A DNA stretch of 20,683 nucleotides from Thermodesulfobacteriota bacterium. Its GTDB lineage: Bacteria > Desulfobacterota > Desulfobulbia > Desulfobulbales > SURF-16. The stretch covers positions 1-20,683 of the forward strand of contig JBDLIE010000047.1 of assembly GCA_039715015.1 (NCBI GenBank), in the 5' to 3' direction. The notes under the pieces were generated by a model, which worked only from the letters and a program-made list of their open reading frames with translations, was not told where the DNA came from and searched no databases. Below are positions 17,693-20,683 of the stretch, one piece after another; within the stretch, counting starts at the first letter, position 1, and every line of letters begins with the position of its first letter. The translations under genes were made by a program, and so were the position numbers.

Positions 17693-18598
17693 TTACTGCA
17701 TTGCAGGCTCTGAGAGTTGTTGGCGAATATCATACAGAGTGGAGATATAATTGCTTTTGCCTGCCAGCTCGTCTGAATCCTCCATCTCGCCAAGGAGGTG
17801 GGAGAGGAGAGGAGTAAGGTCGATATTGTACTTGTTAAGACCTCGCTGATCGGCTTTATGGATGAAGAGAATGCTGTAATATTGGGCCAAGAGGCGGAGG
17901 TTGCTTTCCCGGCGCGCCAAATATGCTTTGCCGCCGGTGGTTTCCATGAAAAAAGCTGCGTATTCATAAAGATTTTCCAGGCTGGGACGCAAAGGGTATG
18001 AGTGGTTAAGGCATTGGGGTGAGATGTTGATCCATGCATGAAAATAGCCGCATGTTTCTTCCATGAGGTCAGCTTCGTTGTCAATGATCTTACGGAGGAT
18101 GGTGAGGTTTTGTGCCCCCAGTTTTCGGTAAATGTGGGCTGTATTACGTATGGCATCAGCGCCGTTAAAGTTTTTCCCGTTCATAGTTGGCGGTGACTCT
18201 AACAGAGAATTGAGGAGAGTGCTGACCATCTCCTTGCTGTCATGGGGGAATTGATATTTCTGGATGTATTCCTGCTCGTCAAGATAGGAGAAAAAAAGAT
18301 CTAATCTCTGTATTGTTTCGAGGCATGGATTGGTCAAGGCGGCCTCCATCGGGGCCTTACGCAAAGGGGGTTCTTGCTCATCGCTAATCTGGCCTGGTAG
18401 TTTGTTTTCTGCTGAAGCTGGAGGGGAAGCAGGCTCTCTGTCTTCGACAAAGGGCTGGCTTAAGTCCTCCTGTCGTGGCGAGCCAGGAGTGACCGGGGTT
18501 TCCTGCTGAGGTTTGAAAAGAAAGAAAAGGCCGCCGGCAATAACGACAAGGATTATAATAAGAGGGAGCAGGGGTGTTGATGTTTTTTTCTTTGCCAT
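17693..18598 (-). CDS. Hypothetical membrane-anchored protein
   Basis: 301 aa: basic N-terminus, one TM helix (LLPLIIILVVIAGGLFFLF), a Pro/Glu-rich linker, then a helical-looking domain. No family recognised. Confidence 0.8.
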   Translation of the reverse strand: MAKKKTSTPLLPLIIILVVIAGGLFFLFKPQQETPVTPGSPRQEDLSQPFVEDREPASPPASAENKLPGQISDEQEPPLRKAPMEAALTNPCLETIQRLDLFFSYLDEQEYIQKYQFPHDSKEMVSTLLNSLLESPPTMNGKNFNGADAIRNTAHIYRKLGAQNLTILRKIIDNEADLMEETCGYFHAWINISPQCLNHSYPLRPSLENLYEYAAFFMETTGGKAYLARRESNLRLLAQYYSILFIHKADQRGLNKYNIDLTPLLSHLLGEMEDSDELAGKSNYISTLYDIRQQLSEPAMQ

Positions 18599-18846
18599 GA
18601 TTAGTTAGCCTATTTTTTATTTTGAACTGGCAAGGGTTGGACTCGGTATAAGCGGAGACTCCTTGATGGGAAATTTATTTTACAGTACCGTCCTTGAGGG
18701 GTCAATTGTATAAAATGCTGATGCCTGTGCGGCTTTGGATACATCTTGTGTTAGATTAGAGGTGGCGATTGTCGATAACCTTGTACTAAGCTAAAGAGAT
18801 CCTTAGGGCTGATTTTTATCTCTAAAACACATTTGTTCTTACCTTT

Positions 18847-19257
18847 ATGGTCCCCGTAGTGCCGTACGAGTCCATTGCCGTTCTTGTTGTTGATGATTCA
18901 ATGGTAATGAGGCGAATTATAATCAAACATCTTCATAAAATAGGCTTTTCGGAAGTTTATGAGGCCCCAGGGGTAAAGCCTGCCCTCAAAATTATAAAAG
19001 ACAAGACGATCAAACTGGTTCTTTCGGATTGGTCCATGCCCGGCTTAACTGGTATGGATTTGCTGAAGATGGTGAGAAGTAATAAAGAGGGAGCGATCCT
19101 TCCATTTGTGTTGTTAACCGCTGAAGCCCAGCTGTTTACTATTTTGATGGCTTACCGTGAAAGGGTAAGTCAGTATGTTACAAAGCCATTTACCAAAGAG
19201 TATTTTTCATACATTATTGATAAGGTCATCAGAGAAAATTATGGATCAGGATTCTGA
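18847..19257 (+). CDS. Single-domain response regulator (CheY-like)
   Basis: VLVVDDS..MR, LSDWSMPG..G.DLL (phosphoacceptor Asp), LLTAE and YVTKPF. Confidence 0.9.
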   Translation: MVPVVPYESIAVLVVDDSMVMRRIIIKHLHKIGFSEVYEAPGVKPALKIIKDKTIKLVLSDWSMPGLTGMDLLKMVRSNKEGAILPFVLLTAEAQLFTILMAYRERVSQYVTKPFTKEYFSYIIDKVIRENYGSGF

Positions 19258-19795
19258 GCCTCCTAAAAAAGAAAACCGTAAACGACGGTGGTACCAAAAT
19301 TACTTGCCGTTTATTGCCCGAAGCCCAGAAATGCAGGTGGAGTGGCTGGTTGCCGAGTGCGGGCGGAATAATTTGGCCCGTGAGGAGTTGACACCATATA
19401 TCCGCCTTCTTCTTAGTGAGGAGAATGTGGCAAGCGAAGACGAACTCCGTGGGATATTTGTGAAACTTTCCCCTGAAATTCAGGAGGAGTTTCTGCGGGT
19501 TGCTGATATTTACGATGTGGCCAGGATTGTCAGACTCATTCCGGAACTTAATGCGCTTTTGGTTGAAATAGCTTTAACAAAAGAGCTGCCACCCTATGAG
19601 ACAAAAATTCAAAAGGTAATGGATGGTGTCCTTAATGCCATCAACGATAGAGCTGGAAGTTTGCTGGAGACAGTAGCAGGGGAAATTATCGGAAATGGCT
19701 CGGCACCAAAACATTTTGCCGAAAATTATGAGAGATTTCGTGCGATTTTAGAGGATAAAGAATTTATCCGCACCCAGTGGCCAAATGCCAAATAA
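19241..19795 (+). CDS. Hypothetical protein, overlapping the CheY-like gene end
   Basis: Long ORF (track start 19175). ATG 19241 (MDQDSEPP...) gives a 17-nt overlap with the upstream gene. A terminator follows. No family recognised. Confidence 0.75.
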   Translation: MDQDSEPPKKENRKRRWYQNYLPFIARSPEMQVEWLVAECGRNNLAREELTPYIRLLLSEENVASEDELRGIFVKLSPEIQEEFLRVADIYDVARIVRLIPELNALLVEIALTKELPPYETKIQKVMDGVLNAINDRAGSLLETVAGEIIGNGSAPKHFAENYERFRAILEDKEFIRTQWPNAK

Positions 19796-19838
19796 AAAAC
19801 GGCGCTTGTTATAAAACAAGCGCCGTTTTTTATTTGGC
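19787..19838. terminator. Bidirectional rho-independent terminator (perfect 24-bp inverted repeat)
   Basis: GCCAAATAAAAAACGGCGCTTGTT-ataa-AACAAGCGCCGTTTTTTATTTGGC between convergent genes. Confidence 0.9.
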
Positions 19839-19861
19839 TGTCTTGAAGGCCTGCACAAATA

Positions 19862-20128
19862 TTAGCCCTTGGCAGATGCTCTTTTTGCAGCCTTAAGCGG
19901 GTTGATTTTGATTTTGGCAACCTTAATCTCCGGCTTCACGTGGGTGGCGAAGTTACAGATGCCAAGTTTCCACTTTGCCTCTGGAAGGGCATATGTTTGG
20001 CAATATTTACTGTTGTCGACATCGATAATACGATCGCAACCATCACATTTCTCAACGACAGGATTGAAGAATCCACTGCTGTACAGTTCGGTGTTTTGGG
20101 GCGCTTGGTTTTTGCTCGCCTTTGCCAT
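19862..20128 (-). CDS. PxxKW family cysteine-rich small protein
   Basis: P.VEKCDGC.RI...YC..Y..PEAKW..GICNFATH, then a basic tail KINPLKA.KR. RBS AAGGAG upstream. Confidence 0.88.
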   Translation of the reverse strand: MAKASKNQAPQNTELYSSGFFNPVVEKCDGCDRIIDVDNSKYCQTYALPEAKWKLGICNFATHVKPEIKVAKIKINPLKAAKRASAKG

Positions 20129-20444
20129 GTCTCAGCTCCTTATAAAAAAATTAGCTATAAAATCTTGTGCTAAACGCCATAAAAGTAATATTATTGACTG
20201 GTTGGCGTTTTTACTGTTCGTAAGATGGTTTTCTTAAAAAACAGTATCTATTAGTTGGTCTGGATGGCCTTGTCAACGATAAAGTGAAGGTGTCCGCCAG
20301 ATCTGGAAGCGATACCGGTTGGTGCAATAGTTGGGGGCAGAACAGTGTAACCTCCATTCTCCTTGTTTTTCAGAGAATCTTCATATAGGATCTCCTGAAA
20401 AAACATCTGGTTACACATAGGTGAAGTCTAACAAGAGGTAAGAT

Positions 20445-20683
20445 ATGCCAATTTATTTGTGGAAAGGGGTCAACTCCTACGGCGAGAAACGAAAAGGAAA
20501 GATTGATGCCCCCACTGAGGCGGCTGCAGAAGCCCAGCTAAAAAAAACCAGGATAAGCATCTCCAGTCTGAAAGAGCAACCGAAAGATATTTTTGAAAAT
20601 ATCGCGCTCTTTCAACCAAAGGTTACCGGTAAAGATGTGGTTATCTTCACCAGGCAGCTCTCAACCATGATCGACGCTGGCCT
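20445..20683 (+). CDS. pilC: Type IV pilus inner-membrane platform protein PilC / T2SS F family (5' part; truncated by window end)
   Basis: Manual translation MPIYLWKGVNSYGEKRKGKIDAPTEAAAEAQLKKTRISISSLKEQPKDIFENIALFQPKVTGKDVVIFTRQLSTMIDAG contains the hallmark FTRQLSTMIDAG. GAGG RBS upstream. Confidence 0.92.
   Translation, partial: MPIYLWKGVNSYGEKRKGKIDAPTEAAAEAQLKKTRISISSLKEQPKDIFENIALFQPKVTGKDVVIFTRQLSTMIDAG

Noticed and set aside
1386..20237. Numerous short overlapping or antisense ORFs in the track nested in larger genes
   Set aside because: They overlap well-supported CDSs in other frames and show no recognisable motifs.

Overview
This is bacterial chromosomal DNA, most consistent with a Desulfobacterota organism (Desulfobulbales-like; inferred from gene content, not from a search). 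From left to right it carries: the 5' part of a secreted CxxCH protein with Cys/Asp-rich tandem repeats (minus strand, runs off the left edge, absent from the supplied ORF track); a ~790 bp non-coding gap; a TIGR03790-family secreted protein; a membrane PEMT/ICMT-like methyltransferase; a PflX-type radical SAM protein; a three-subunit succinate dehydrogenase/fumarate reductase operon (C-A-B); a convergent malic-enzyme-family gene; a Cys-rich/cNMP/DUF4388 protein; a large SNF2 helicase; an AI-2E transporter; a Bax inhibitor-1/YccA protein; a membrane-anchored hypothetical; an orphan CheY-like regulator overlapping a hypothetical; a PxxKW Cys-rich protein; and the 5' end of pilC (also absent from the ORF track). 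Three hairpin terminators lie between convergent genes. I see no rRNA, tRNA, CRISPR array or intact mobile element. The most unusual element is the heme-motif plus metal-binding-repeat secreted protein downstream of the exosortase-associated TIGR03790 gene. Other points of interest are malolactic-like active-site residues in the malic enzyme, a degenerate cNMP pocket fused to a four-Cys domain, and a duplicated GTAGG-polyT-ATGAT initiation site in the sdh operon. All family assignments come from motif recognition, not database searches.
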